Numbered from the stretch's first letter, positions 47,355 through 57,671 are shown. The stretch is 64,000 bases of DNA from Nitrosopumilaceae archaeon (GCA_965207375.1 OZ242274.1:928001-992000), one strand, 5' to 3'. Notes: generated by a model from the letters alone, not told the origin. Translations and numbers: made by a program.

Positions 47355-48251
47355 ATGGCAAAAAAAGATCAGTTAGCTAAACAGGCAGAACAAATCAAAA
47401 AAGAAATAGAGGAACTTAAACAAGATACAAGATCATTGAAAAAACCTACTAAAACACCCAAAAAAACCCCACCAAAAAAAGAATCTAAAGCTCAACCAAA
47501 AAAAGACACCCCACCAAAAAAAGAATCTAAAGCTCAACCAAAAAAAGACACCCCACCAAAAAAAGAATCTAAAGCTCAACCAAAAAAAGACACCCCACCA
47601 AAAAAAGACACCCCACCAAAAAAAGAACCAAAAGCTAAACCAAAAAAAGAATCTAAAGCTCAACCAAAAAAAGAACCAAAAAAAGACATTACTAAAACAC
47701 CCAAAAGAACCCAACCAAAAAAGAAAGCCAAAGTACAACCAAAAAAGAAACCTCTTACAAAAGCCGAGCTTAAAAAAATAGCCGAACAAGAGGCAGCAGC
47801 CAAAAAGGAGGCAGAAAGAACACTAGAGGAAGAATTAGAAGAACAATTAACAGAAGAGGAAATCGAAAACTTTCAAATTGAAAAAATGGACATGGAAAAA
47901 CTTATCAATAAAGTCAGTGAGATTGTCGCAACCTTTGAATTGGAAGGAATGATGCAAAGTGACCTGTGGAAGAAACTAAAGTTGTCAAACAGGGATGGCT
48001 CTCGACTTGCACTAAAACTAGAACGCATGGGAATTATCTCTAGAGAAAAAATACTAGAAAAAGGTAGATGGACTTACAAATTAATCATCAAAAAAACACC
48101 AATCAGTACACAGTCAATTGAAAAGGCACCGTGCCTTGTATGTCCTGTAGTACAAAAGTGTACAGCAGATGGCGAAATCAGCCCACGTAATTGTCAACTC
48201 ATAGAAGATTGGGTTTTGGTAGAACTGAAAAAGCCAAAGAAGGCACCATGA
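47355..48251 (+). CDS. RPC34/TFE-beta-like transcription factor (winged helix + Fe-S Cys motif) with Lys/Pro-rich N-terminal repeats
   Basis: GMMQSDLWKKLKLSNRDGSRLALKLE..G.I.RE and PCLVCPVVQKC....ISPRNCQLIEDW. Confidence 0.8.
   Translation: MAKKDQLAKQAEQIKKEIEELKQDTRSLKKPTKTPKKTPPKKESKAQPKKDTPPKKESKAQPKKDTPPKKESKAQPKKDTPPKKDTPPKKEPKAKPKKESKAQPKKEPKKDITKTPKRTQPKKKAKVQPKKKPLTKAELKKIAEQEAAAKKEAERTLEEELEEQLTEEEIENFQIEKMDMEKLINKVSEIVATFELEGMMQSDLWKKLKLSNRDGSRLALKLERMGIISREKILEKGRWTYKLIIKKTPISTQSIEKAPCLVCPVVQKCTADGEISPRNCQLIEDWVLVELKKPKKAP
47466..47687 (+). repeat. Coding tandem repeat, 42-bp unit (TPPKKESKAQPKKD) x3 plus partial units
   Basis: ACCCCACCAAAAAAAGAATCTAAAGCTCAACCAAAAAAAGAC repeated exactly. 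Confidence 0.95.
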
Positions 48252-48847
48252 GACTACATGAGGCCCGTCGTGATCATTACAGACGTCTGGCACGAGAGCA
48301 GGGATTTCGCAGCAGAGCCGCATACAAACTAAAGGAATTAAACAAGGCCTATCGCCTCATTGGACCCGGGTTTTATGTATTGGATTTGGGATGTGCTCCG
48401 GGTGGGTGGACTCAGGTTGCTACAAAGCTAGTTGGAAACCAGGGCAAGGTTCTTGGAGTTGACAAATCATACGTTGAAGAAATCGAGGGTGCGCAATTTT
48501 TGCGTGAAGATATAGCAGACGAGAGCATATCTGATGAAGTTTTAGAGTATTTTGGCAAAAAAGTCAATGCCGTAATTTGCGACATGTCGCCTCAGGTAAC
48601 CGGAAATTGGTCCGTAGATCACGCCATTCAAATTTCATTAAACTATGACTGTGTCAAAATAATGGATAAGGTTCTAGGTTTTAAGGGAAATGCAGTTTTC
48701 AAAGTTTTTGATGGGCAATATTCTTCTGAATTTCGAGATTTTCTAAAAGGGAAATTTGTTAAAGTAAAACCTACAAAACCCCAAGCCAGCAGAAAACCTA
48801 GTAGCGAACTGTATTTTGTATGTCTAGGTTATCTGAATCAATCTTGA
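48248..48847 (+). CDS. rlmE: 23S rRNA 2'-O-methyltransferase RlmE/FtsJ
   Basis: FRSRAAYKL, DLGCAPGGW, DMSP, K, ASRKPSSELY; ATGA overlap start. Confidence 0.95.
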   Translation: MRLHEARRDHYRRLAREQGFRSRAAYKLKELNKAYRLIGPGFYVLDLGCAPGGWTQVATKLVGNQGKVLGVDKSYVEEIEGAQFLREDIADESISDEVLEYFGKKVNAVICDMSPQVTGNWSVDHAIQISLNYDCVKIMDKVLGFKGNAVFKVFDGQYSSEFRDFLKGKFVKVKPTKPQASRKPSSELYFVCLGYLNQS

Positions 48848-49974
48848 AAAACAGCTGTTACCTCTTTTATTGGCGCATCTGTCTTAAATGCTGTGGGATT
48901 AAACGATGTTGCAGTTGCTCTGAATCCCTTTTTTATCAATTCGTCTATGATGTAACGTAATTTTTTTGGAGTTTTTTTGACCTTTGATGCAATCTCATCT
49001 ATTGTGTAATATGTAGCAGGCATTTGAGCTTCTAAAACTGCCTTTGATAATACTTTGATGCATTTTTGATTCTTTTTATTTTCTGTTTCGGTATGCATAT
49101 CCTTTACAAATTTTTCATCAAATAATCTTCCAATCCATAACGGACCTGCCAATTCGACTTTGGAATTACAGTTATTGCATGTTTGTTGATATATTTTTAC
49201 TGTATGTCTGTTGTAGCAATTTTTACAATGTAAAATGTAACCCATATTTTCTTCCTGATCCGGCCTGTTTAAAATTTTCAGATAGACCCTGTAATAGTGC
49301 ATGTCACTTTCTGAAAATAATGGAATTATCTCTATGTCCATTCGTGCAGCAATATGCCTGATACATCCTAAAACCAATCTTATTGCGGTTTCATTTCCAT
49401 ACTCTGCACGTATAGGAATTCCGCCATAGCGTCTCATGCATGCATTTTGAAACAGTCCATTTAGCACCTGCAAATCGGTGGCCGTAATTGAAAGCATTCC
49501 TCCGTGTACGGTGGCACGTATGGCACAATCAATGAATCTTGCAGGTGAGCCAAACGGATCTATGTCAACAACTGATGCCCTTTGATTCTTTTTTGAGAAA
49601 TCACTGCAAAATCTACATGCTTCTTTTTCAAATATGTGAAAATTAGTCAAATTGTTTAATCTTGCAGATTTTTCTGCCAACTGTAACGCACTAGGATTAA
49701 GATCATTGATTATCACCTTTTCTATATCTACCTCGTTTGCTACTCGTAATCCTCTAGCGCCCAAGCCTGAAAGACAATCTAGAAAAATTTTTGGCCCCTG
49801 AAAATTTTTTAAAAACGCCGAATATGCCACAATTGAGAGATCCCTGTTCATTTGGGCCTTTGGATTAAAAAATGCAGGTTCTGTAGGCGGTGTTTTTTGC
49901 GTAACTGATCTTTTTGGAACAAGAATCCTAGTATCTCCTTCAACAATCTCAATAATTTCATATTCTTTTTGCAT
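48838..49974 (-). CDS. trm1: tRNA (guanine-26-N2)-dimethyltransferase
   Basis: FFNPKAQMNRDLS, GARGLR, DIDPFGSP, TATD, GPLW.G; track start 50190 is an antisense over-extension. Confidence 0.95.
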   Translation of the reverse strand: MQKEYEIIEIVEGDTRILVPKRSVTQKTPPTEPAFFNPKAQMNRDLSIVAYSAFLKNFQGPKIFLDCLSGLGARGLRVANEVDIEKVIINDLNPSALQLAEKSARLNNLTNFHIFEKEACRFCSDFSKKNQRASVVDIDPFGSPARFIDCAIRATVHGGMLSITATDLQVLNGLFQNACMRRYGGIPIRAEYGNETAIRLVLGCIRHIAARMDIEIIPLFSESDMHYYRVYLKILNRPDQEENMGYILHCKNCYNRHTVKIYQQTCNNCNSKVELAGPLWIGRLFDEKFVKDMHTETENKKNQKCIKVLSKAVLEAQMPATYYTIDEIASKVKKTPKKLRYIIDELIKKGFRATATSFNPTAFKTDAPIKEVTAVFQD

Positions 49975-50029
49975 ACAAAATATTTTCATTTTATAACGGT
50001 TTAATACTTGCCGTATTTGCGATACACTT

Positions 50030-50647
50030 GTGCTAGTGTGCGGTGTAGATGAGGCAGGACGTGGTGCCATGCTTGGACCACTAGTTGTAGCTGGCGTCGC
50101 CATCTCAAAATCCAAAATCAAAAAACTTGCCTCTATGGGAATTAAAGATTCAAAACAACTGTCTCCCAAACAGCGTAACTTGTTGTACAAAAAAATTATA
50201 GAATTTGCAGATGATTACTATATATCCAAAATAAACCCCAAGACAATTGATCGTAGCGTAAACCGACATGAATTAAACAATCTAGAGGCAAAATACATGG
50301 CCAAAGTCATTTCAAAGCTTCATGCCGATATGTCTTTTGTTGATTCGTGTGATGTAAATCCAAAAAGATTCGGACGCAAAATATCTAGTTTGACTGGCAA
50401 CTCTAAGATACATTCGCATCATAAGGCTGATGCAAAATATGTCATAGTCTCGGCTGCCTCCATTATTGCAAAAGTCAGTCGTGATAAGGAAATCTTGCGC
50501 CTAAAAAAGAAACATGCAGTAGGAAGCGGATATCCTTCTGACTCTACAACAGTTCAATTTGTTAAATATTACATTGAAGAAAACAACTCTGTTCCAGATT
50601 TTGTAAGGCGCAGTTGGAAGCCGGTTCAAGCACTTCTTAACTCTTAG
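50030..50647 (+). CDS. rnhB: Ribonuclease HII
   Basis: GVDEAGRG, KDSKQL, HKAD, AASIIAKV.RD, GSGYPSD. Confidence 0.97.
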   Translation: MLVCGVDEAGRGAMLGPLVVAGVAISKSKIKKLASMGIKDSKQLSPKQRNLLYKKIIEFADDYYISKINPKTIDRSVNRHELNNLEAKYMAKVISKLHADMSFVDSCDVNPKRFGRKISSLTGNSKIHSHHKADAKYVIVSAASIIAKVSRDKEILRLKKKHAVGSGYPSDSTTVQFVKYYIEENNSVPDFVRRSWKPVQALLNS

Positions 50648-51308
50648 ATTTTGCTATAACTATTGCATGATCTTTGTCGTATGGATAAAGATCTATAGTT
50701 TGTAACACCTCGAAGCTATTTTTTAATTTTTTTATCTCCGATCTTATGATTTGGCTAGGGGATTTTGTAACATCAATACTTCTTGTTTTAATGATCAAAA
50801 ACAAAAACCCTTTATGTTTGAGAAGTCTTTTGCAATTTGTTATTGTAATTTCTGTTTGGTCTGGCTGTGCAATATCTGCATAAACAATGTCCACTTTGCC
50901 ATATACTGAAAAATATTCCTTAGGTCGTCGAGCATCTTGAATAATTGGAATCACATTTGAGCGATAACTTGCAACTCTGTCTAAAAGTTCTCTTGCTACC
51001 CTGCTTGCATGTTCAACTGCAAAAATAATCCCACCTGGACCCACAATATCTGATAGATGGCTAACTGTTGTACCTGTTGATGCGCCTAGATACAGCACCG
51101 TTGATTTTTCTACAAATGGAAAGTCGTCTAATCCGTTCATTATGGCAGCTGCCAGCTTGCTTCTAAATGGATCCCAGAGTCTGTATTCGACGTTTTTATT
51201 TTTGACTAGTTTTTCCTTGTACACCTGATTTCCTGGAATCAGATTCTGTGTTGCTATTTTTCTCTCCCCGTCTGAGCGTATCCAGAAAAAACTTTCAACG
51301 TCTTGCAA
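50637..51308 (-). CDS. flpA: Fibrillarin rRNA/tRNA 2'-O-methyltransferase
   Basis: YRLWDPFRSKLAA, LYLGASTGTTVSH, DIAQPDQ, PYDKDH; TTG 51308 preferred to track start 51572. Confidence 0.95.
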   Translation of the reverse strand: MQDVESFFWIRSDGERKIATQNLIPGNQVYKEKLVKNKNVEYRLWDPFRSKLAAAIMNGLDDFPFVEKSTVLYLGASTGTTVSHLSDIVGPGGIIFAVEHASRVARELLDRVASYRSNVIPIIQDARRPKEYFSVYGKVDIVYADIAQPDQTEITITNCKRLLKHKGFLFLIIKTRSIDVTKSPSQIIRSEIKKLKNSFEVLQTIDLYPYDKDHAIVIAKSKS

Positions 51309-52707
51309 ATCTCTTTCTTCTTTTTCCTTTTGATCTTCCTTGATCCCTTGAGAACCTGTCCCTGCCTTTGTACTGTCTACTGTCTCTTGGGTGGCTATCT
51401 TTTGGCCTGTTTTTACTAAAGCAATTATTACACAAAACCGGCCTATCTTGATTGGGTCTAAATGGCAATTCACAATATGTGCCACATTCATTACATGTTG
51501 TACTAAACATTGGGCGTTTATTGTCTCTTGAGGGCCTGTCGTCTTTTCTGTATCTTGGACGCCTGTCATCAAACCGCTTGGGCTCTCGGTTTACAGGCTC
51601 ACTGTATTTTTCACCAATTTCCTCGACTCTGACATTTAATTTCTCAAGTAACGTTTCATTTAACCCAGCACCATATACGTCCACCCTTGCTGCAATTGCT
51701 GCCTTTGCTGCAACGGCCCTTGCAATCTTGCCTCTTTGCCATCTAGGAGCTGAATGAACCATTGCATGTTGAAACAGCAATCCGTGCTTTGGGGGCTGTG
51801 AACCAGTCTTTAATGCTCTAAACAGTGCCTTTTCTGCACCTAGAATTTGTATGGTACTTGCAGGCAACGATGCTAATTTCTGTAAACTTCCTGCTCTTGC
51901 TAATAGTCTTGCCCCCACTGCATTGCCTAAAATTGCAGACAGGTTTGGAGCAATAGTTTTCATTTGTTCTTCCAAATGATCTTCTAGATTTTTTCGCAAG
52001 TCATGCATTTCGATAATTTGTTTTGCCAAGCCTTGAATCATTGCTAAATTTTCTTTTGAAATATCGCCTCCCTTGCTTTTTTCTTGTATTAACTGCAGCA
52101 TTTCTACTTTGGATTCTGGAAATCCTGCATCTTCAAACACTTGTTTTGTTAAATTCTCTCTCTTTCCTGCCATCACAATTTGTGAATATCCGTTAATACT
52201 GTCAATTAGATTTTCTAACTCTGGAAAATGTAATCCGTACCATTCTCTTAACCTTGAACTTAGTCCATTTGCAATTCTGTCAATCTCGTCTAGTGAATTA
52301 ATTGCCTGAATTATGTGCAAATCCGGACTCTCTGAAATTTTCGTGACCTTACTTGATGATAATGATACTGCAAAGCTTCGAAGTTTCTCTAATGCATCTC
52401 TTGGATCGTTTACAAATCCTGCATCTGCTAACAATTGGGGTTTTGTTGATTGGATTTGTTCAGTCTGTACTTCATCCATTAATCGCACATCAATATCTTT
52501 TTTCTTTAGAATAAACAACAGAGATTCATCGCTTGTTGCAAAACCTACCTGTAATTCCTCTAAATATCTGACCAATTCGTTGGATACTCCCTCCTTGTTT
52601 TTGATTGCTAGGTACTGTCCTACCGTATCAGAAAACGGAAATGTCTTCAATACTTGGTCTCCCTCTGAGACAATAATTCCTAACTCTGTTAAAATTACAG
52701 AATGCAT
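51295..52707 (-). CDS. nop5: Nop5 (Nop56/58) box C/D RNP protein with CxxC-x17-CxxC domain in C-terminal tail
   Basis: LREWYGLHFPEL, PASTIQILGAEKALF, PKHG, RGKIAR; CNECG...PFRP...VLCNNCF. Confidence 0.95.
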   Translation of the reverse strand: MHSVILTELGIIVSEGDQVLKTFPFSDTVGQYLAIKNKEGVSNELVRYLEELQVGFATSDESLLFILKKKDIDVRLMDEVQTEQIQSTKPQLLADAGFVNDPRDALEKLRSFAVSLSSSKVTKISESPDLHIIQAINSLDEIDRIANGLSSRLREWYGLHFPELENLIDSINGYSQIVMAGKRENLTKQVFEDAGFPESKVEMLQLIQEKSKGGDISKENLAMIQGLAKQIIEMHDLRKNLEDHLEEQMKTIAPNLSAILGNAVGARLLARAGSLQKLASLPASTIQILGAEKALFRALKTGSQPPKHGLLFQHAMVHSAPRWQRGKIARAVAAKAAIAARVDVYGAGLNETLLEKLNVRVEEIGEKYSEPVNREPKRFDDRRPRYRKDDRPSRDNKRPMFSTTCNECGTYCELPFRPNQDRPVLCNNCFSKNRPKDSHPRDSRQYKGRDRFSRDQGRSKGKRRKRFARR

Positions 52708-52879
52708 GGTAGTAGAAGATTAAGAGACCATTAAAAAAGGTATTATCTTTAAGACTCCACCCGAGTTTATGGCAGATATTTTTTGTGCCCAAAATCCACC
52801 AGAGGCGGCATTATCTACAGATTAATTGATGTGGATTTAAAATCAACTGTTATATTCGAAAGTACGCCAACAATTAAGA

Positions 52880-53791
52880 GTGACACCTAGTCTTGCAACT
52901 TTTATTGGAACCATTCATTTGCAAAGGCCTACTGTATTGGCATCTGGAATACTGGGAATATCGTTAGACGTTTTTTCTAGATTATACCAGGCAGGAGCAG
53001 GTGCTGTAGTGACCAAATCTCTAAGCAGTGAGCCTTGGCAGGGGTATCCAAATCCTACAATTTTCAGTGTAAAGGGTGGAGGCTGGATTAATGCCGTGGG
53101 TCTTTCTAATCCCGGAGCCAAAAATTTTGCACAAATGATTGAACCAAATCAAGACGTCCCAATTATTGTTAGTCTAGTAGGTTCTGTAGCGTCTGACTTT
53201 GAATCGATGATCAAAGAATTTAACAACTGTAATGTGACTGCATATGAAATCAATCTCTCCTGTCCTCATGTGGCAAAGGTCGGATTAGATGTAGGAGACG
53301 ATCCAGATCTTGTAACTCAGATAATTTCTTCCATCAAAAAAACAACAAACACTCCAATTCTAGCAAAGGTTGGCTTAGGAACCACACATTACATCAATAC
53401 TGTAAAATCTGCAATTGAGGGAGGTGCAGACGGCATTACTGCAATTAATACCATTAGAGCAATGGCAATTGATGCAGAAACTCAAAGACCTATACTGTCT
53501 AACAAGATTGGTGGATTGTCTGGAACTCCTATAAAACCTATAGCCTTGAGATGTGTGTTTGAAATTGCATCAAAATATGATGTTCCAATTGTAGGCTGTG
53601 GTGGCATATCTACCTGGGAGGACGCAGTAGAATTTATTTTGGCTGGTGCATCTGCTGTTCAGCTTGGCAGTGCAATAGGCGACAACTGGATTCAAACATT
53701 TAATGAAATAAACACCGGAATTTCTAACTATATGACACGTAAAGGATATTCAGAAATCAAAGAGATGGTAGGCATTGCACAGAGATCCTAA
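52880..53791 (+). CDS. pyrD: Dihydroorotate dehydrogenase family 1B catalytic subunit
   Basis: ASG, TKS, NAVGLSNPG, EINLSCPH, INT, GGLSG..IKP. Confidence 0.96.
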   Translation: MTPSLATFIGTIHLQRPTVLASGILGISLDVFSRLYQAGAGAVVTKSLSSEPWQGYPNPTIFSVKGGGWINAVGLSNPGAKNFAQMIEPNQDVPIIVSLVGSVASDFESMIKEFNNCNVTAYEINLSCPHVAKVGLDVGDDPDLVTQIISSIKKTTNTPILAKVGLGTTHYINTVKSAIEGGADGITAINTIRAMAIDAETQRPILSNKIGGLSGTPIKPIALRCVFEIASKYDVPIVGCGGISTWEDAVEFILAGASAVQLGSAIGDNWIQTFNEINTGISNYMTRKGYSEIKEMVGIAQRS

Positions 53792-54587
53792 CTGCCACAC
53801 TATAGTTACAATTGAAAAAGTGATCAACGAATCACCTACAGTTAGAACTCTGGTGTTTTCTGATGATGTAATGTGTAATGTATTGCCTGGTCAATTTGCC
53901 ATGGTTTGGATTCCTGGCATCAATGAACTGCCCATGAGTGTTATGATTTCAAAAGAGACAGGCAAGGCAGCATTTACTGTAAGAAAACATGGTCCTGCCT
54001 CAACTGGACTTTACAATGTACAGGTTGGAGAACAAATTGGAATTCGTGGACCCTATGGAAATTCTTTTGATTTAAAATCTGGAAAGCTGTTACTGGTGGG
54101 TGGGGGTACCGGTCTTGTGCCGTTGGTTCGCCTGTTAACAACTGTAAAACCAACCGATGATATTACGGTTCTAATTGGTGCAAGAACCAAAGAAGAGGTA
54201 TTTTTTGAATCCCTGGTACATGAACTGCTTGCAGACAATTCACATACCGTCATTGTCTCAACCGAAGATGGAACATATGGTGAGACCGGATTTGTAACAA
54301 AAGTTGTTGACAAATTAACTCAACATACAAAATTTGACGGCGTATATACTTGCGGACCTGAAATTATGATGTATAAAATCATACAGATGGCACACTCTAG
54401 GGGAATGTTTGCACAGGCAAGTCTTGAGCGAATGATGAAGTGTGGTGTTGGAATTTGTGGCAGCTGCTGTGCAGGTCCTGACCTAGTGTGTCGTGACGGA
54501 ACCGTATTTGATGGGGATCATCTAATGTCAAACCAAGAATTTGGCCACACCTACAGAAACAAGGCTGGAATACTTGAGAATTATTGA
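53775..54587 (+). CDS. pyrK: Dihydroorotate dehydrogenase electron-transfer subunit
   Basis: PGQF, GPYG, GGGTG, CGP, ERMMKCGVGICGSC...C.DG. Confidence 0.95.
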   Translation: MHRDPNCHTIVTIEKVINESPTVRTLVFSDDVMCNVLPGQFAMVWIPGINELPMSVMISKETGKAAFTVRKHGPASTGLYNVQVGEQIGIRGPYGNSFDLKSGKLLLVGGGTGLVPLVRLLTTVKPTDDITVLIGARTKEEVFFESLVHELLADNSHTVIVSTEDGTYGETGFVTKVVDKLTQHTKFDGVYTCGPEIMMYKIIQMAHSRGMFAQASLERMMKCGVGICGSCCAGPDLVCRDGTVFDGDHLMSNQEFGHTYRNKAGILENY

Positions 54588-54735
54588 TTTCTTGTAAAGA
54601 TTAGATTCATCACGCCTACATGTTTATTTTTAGGTACAATCTTACAAATCCATCATGTCGGATCCAGACTCTTACCTGATCTTTTCTAGCAAGGTTTAAA
54701 ATGAATTAAAAAATTAGTGCGATGAAGGATAAGAT

Positions 54736-56460
54736 ATGGGTACCCCTAAGATTGTATTAACTGCAGATCGTACTTTGATGTCCCCATATAGACATCTGTC
54801 ATTGGCAACATTTTTTGGTTGTGCACCTGCCCTTGATCCAAACAGAGACAAGAATAGTTTTTGGTACAAAATTCTCAAAAATCAGGTGACTCCAAAAATA
54901 CTGTTTGATTTTATCTGTAATTATATTCCACATACTGACGGTGTGGCAAATTATGCCCCGTATGGATTGCGAAAGGTAGAGGCGGGCCTGCTACGTGATG
55001 GTTTCAAACGCAATGAGGTGGTAGTGGCTCACCCTGATCACATTGAAAAATTCATTGGACCTCAAACCGAAGTGGTTGGCACCTATGAGATGGATCCACT
55101 TGGTATGGGACCTGTAACTATGACATTTACTTATGGTCGTAAGCAAATATCTTACGATGAATTTTACAATGCAGAACTACACCGTAGAATAAATACTGCT
55201 AAACAAAAGACTGGAAGCCATGCCAAGGTAATTGCGGGAGCATCTGGTACTTGGCAATACAACTATGCACCTGAAAAAATTGAGGAATATGGTTTGTATG
55301 CAATATTGGAAGGTGAACTAGGTGGCATTGCACCCGAAATTGATGGACATGCAGGACGCTTTTTCAACTATCTGATCAATGGTGACTTTGAAAATATGGA
55401 TCCATTTAGAAAGCGTAGCGACTTTAAGGTAAACATTAAAGAATTTCAAAGAAATGAGGAAAAACTTCATGGAAGATTTGTCAACTTTTGGGATAGGCCT
55501 GACTTGGATGAGATTCCTGAAATTGTTGAGCCTAGCATGCATGGTATGATAGAAGTAATGCGTGGTTGCGGCAGAGGATGCAAGTTTTGTGATGTGACAT
55601 TGAGGTCATTAAGATACTATCCTCCAGAAAAGGTCAAAAAAGAAATTGAGGTTAATCTCAAAAAAGGAGGAGAAAAATCTGCTTGGGTACACAGTGATGA
55701 TATTTTCGTTTACGGTATGGATCCGCGTACCTCAAAAGGCATGGAACCTAATCGTGAAGCATTGGAGGAATTATTTACTGCAATCATGTCTACTGGTATA
55801 GAACACACAAATCCTACTCACGGAACACTTGCAGGTGCAATTGCAGATGAAAAACTCATTCCTAATTTATCTAAAATCATTCGCTCTGGCCCTGATAACA
55901 TGACTGGGGTTCAGGCAGGATTTGAAACCGGCAGTTTAAGATTAATCAACAAATACGCAGATAGAAAACTGGCCCCATACAAACCAGAAGAATGGCACTG
56001 GGTAGTAAAGGAAGGAATCAAGACGTTGAATGAAAACTATTGGGTTCCTGCATTTACTTTGATTATGGGTCTAGACAACGATGAAACCCCTGAAGACTCT
56101 TGGGAAACTATACGAATTATACATGAAGTAGAGCAAGAACAGCCAGATTCAATGTTTACAACAACTCCTTTGACATTTGTTCCAATTGGATTGTTGGAAA
56201 AATCTGACTTTTTCAATATAGGAAATGAGATGGATCCAGCACAATTAGGTGTCATGTACAAGACTTGGCAGCATAACTTCAAGTACGGTATTCAGAAATT
56301 TATGACAAAAACAGGAGGAAAAGGGCCTCAAAGATACTTTTTTAACATGATTGCTCGTTCCTTAGGCGGTGTTCCATTGGGTGCCATGGAAAGATATGCC
56401 AGAAAGAAGGGAAGAGAACACGAGCGTGTAATTGAGAAGATAAAGACCAAGTATTACTAG
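54736..56460 (+). CDS. Radical SAM protein (B12-binding-like N-terminal region)
   Basis: EVMRGCGRGCKFC; KIVLTADRTLMS, APYGLRKVEA, DPLGMGP. Confidence 0.9.
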   Translation: MGTPKIVLTADRTLMSPYRHLSLATFFGCAPALDPNRDKNSFWYKILKNQVTPKILFDFICNYIPHTDGVANYAPYGLRKVEAGLLRDGFKRNEVVVAHPDHIEKFIGPQTEVVGTYEMDPLGMGPVTMTFTYGRKQISYDEFYNAELHRRINTAKQKTGSHAKVIAGASGTWQYNYAPEKIEEYGLYAILEGELGGIAPEIDGHAGRFFNYLINGDFENMDPFRKRSDFKVNIKEFQRNEEKLHGRFVNFWDRPDLDEIPEIVEPSMHGMIEVMRGCGRGCKFCDVTLRSLRYYPPEKVKKEIEVNLKKGGEKSAWVHSDDIFVYGMDPRTSKGMEPNREALEELFTAIMSTGIEHTNPTHGTLAGAIADEKLIPNLSKIIRSGPDNMTGVQAGFETGSLRLINKYADRKLAPYKPEEWHWVVKEGIKTLNENYWVPAFTLIMGLDNDETPEDSWETIRIIHEVEQEQPDSMFTTTPLTFVPIGLLEKSDFFNIGNEMDPAQLGVMYKTWQHNFKYGIQKFMTKTGGKGPQRYFFNMIARSLGGVPLGAMERYARKKGREHERVIEKIKTKYY

Positions 56461-56496
56461 GCAAATACATAAATTTACTTTGAATGGTTTCTAATT

Positions 56497-56679
56497 ATGG
56501 CAACTCACGGATCTCTTACAAAAGCAGGTAAAGTAAGGGGACAAACTCCAAAAGTAGAGGGAAGAAAAAGAGTGGGAACTAGCTCTAGTCTAAGAAATAA
56601 GAGTAATTTTAAGAAAAGATTTTCTCTAAATCGAGTGCCTGGACAAAACAAACCCGGCCAAAGAAGAAAGAGACGTTAA
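56497..56679 (+). CDS. rps30e: 30S ribosomal protein eS30
   Basis: HGSLTKAGKVRGQTPKV. Confidence 0.96.
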   Translation: MATHGSLTKAGKVRGQTPKVEGRKRVGTSSSLRNKSNFKKRFSLNRVPGQNKPGQRRKRR

Positions 56680-56862
56680 CTGCATTGATTTGTGAACAGG
56701 TCTCATACACTTGAATTAAAAATTACAGGTTTTGATATTTTATATCATATGGCTATTGCCTAAATTTGACAAATTTTAGATTCTGAATAGTTTTCATTCA
56801 GTCATCTAAGACGATTCACAGAACTGACTGATTACGAATCAATCATTGCGTACATTTTTGTT

Positions 56863-56960
56863 CATATGTGTAATATCTTGTTGAAACCACGTACACACTC
56901 GTCGTAGATTTTTCAGACACAAAATTTTCATGTATGTTCAAAAATTAGACATAGAATCAG
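56863..56960 (+). repeat. Degenerate dispersed repeat (second copy of 25193-25288)
   Basis: TTTTTCAG.CACA.AATTTTCATGT..GTTCAAAAA.TA..CATAGAATCAG shared. Confidence 0.75.
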
Positions 56961-57099
56961 ATATGACCTGAGTGTGTATGCCTGATCCCTGTCTACCATC
57001 TTTGTTTAGGTATCTACTTTGTAGACTTTTTAGTAATCATGCCCTGATCAAGTAAATTAGATGATAACAGTCACCCAATGATTGCATTAAGATTAAGAT

Positions 57100-57671
57100 G
57101 AAATACTCTGGTGGATACTAAGTTTGTACGATGTGATACCATCAGGGCAGTTAGACATGAACTTTCCTTAATCTTAATCAGTGCACAAATCAAGTCAAGA
57201 TAGACCGCAAGTATCAGGATAATCCATCCTGTGGTCTGGAAACTTACATAGATGATGATAGTAAAGAGGATTCACGCAAATGTAAACACGGTACAACGTG
57301 TCAGGATTGCAAGCCAGAAAAGCCAAGTGAAAAATATATTGGATTTGCTGCTAACTCAAACGAACTAGATGTTGCAGCATACATGAAAAGATGGGGAATT
57401 GAAACAGTGTACCGCATGATTGAGGATCTTCGAGTCAAAACTCACAGTACTGTATCCTAGTGCAAGATTGCTGTGTTTTACAGCATCGATCATACTGTAT
57501 AATCAATGGGTGGTAATTAATGCAGAATCTGGTTTTGGATTGAATGACTCTAAATGGTGTGGAATTTCATTTGTCACACTTTTTAAAATTACAATTATAT
57601 CAAAATATCAGATCAATCCAAAGCCTCCGCCGGATATTACAGCAGATTCTGCGTTGCTGGTGGGTTAACTG
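57100..57671 (+). mobile_element. ISH3-family transposase pseudogene with putative right end
   Basis: KPSEKYIGFAAN..YMKRWGIETVYRMIEDLRVKTHST, frameshift, ARLLCFTASIILYNQWV; ends ..GTTAACTG (reverse complement CAGT..); left boundary approximate. Confidence 0.8.

Noticed and set aside
47466-47687. Possible CRISPR array or antisense Phe/Trp-rich membrane ORF (47433-47789)
   Set aside because: Contiguous coding repeat; the antisense ORF is only the complement of Lys/Pro codons
49975-50190. N-terminal extension of Trm1 in ORF track
   Set aside because: Antisense overlap with rnhB; homology starts near 49974
51309-51572. N-terminal extension of fibrillarin in ORF track
   Set aside because: Alternative frame of the nop5 tail; TTG at 51308 gives normal length
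54736-56679. RiPP cluster (radical SAM + small peptide)
   Set aside because: The small ORF is ribosomal protein eS30; no SPASM motif or transporter
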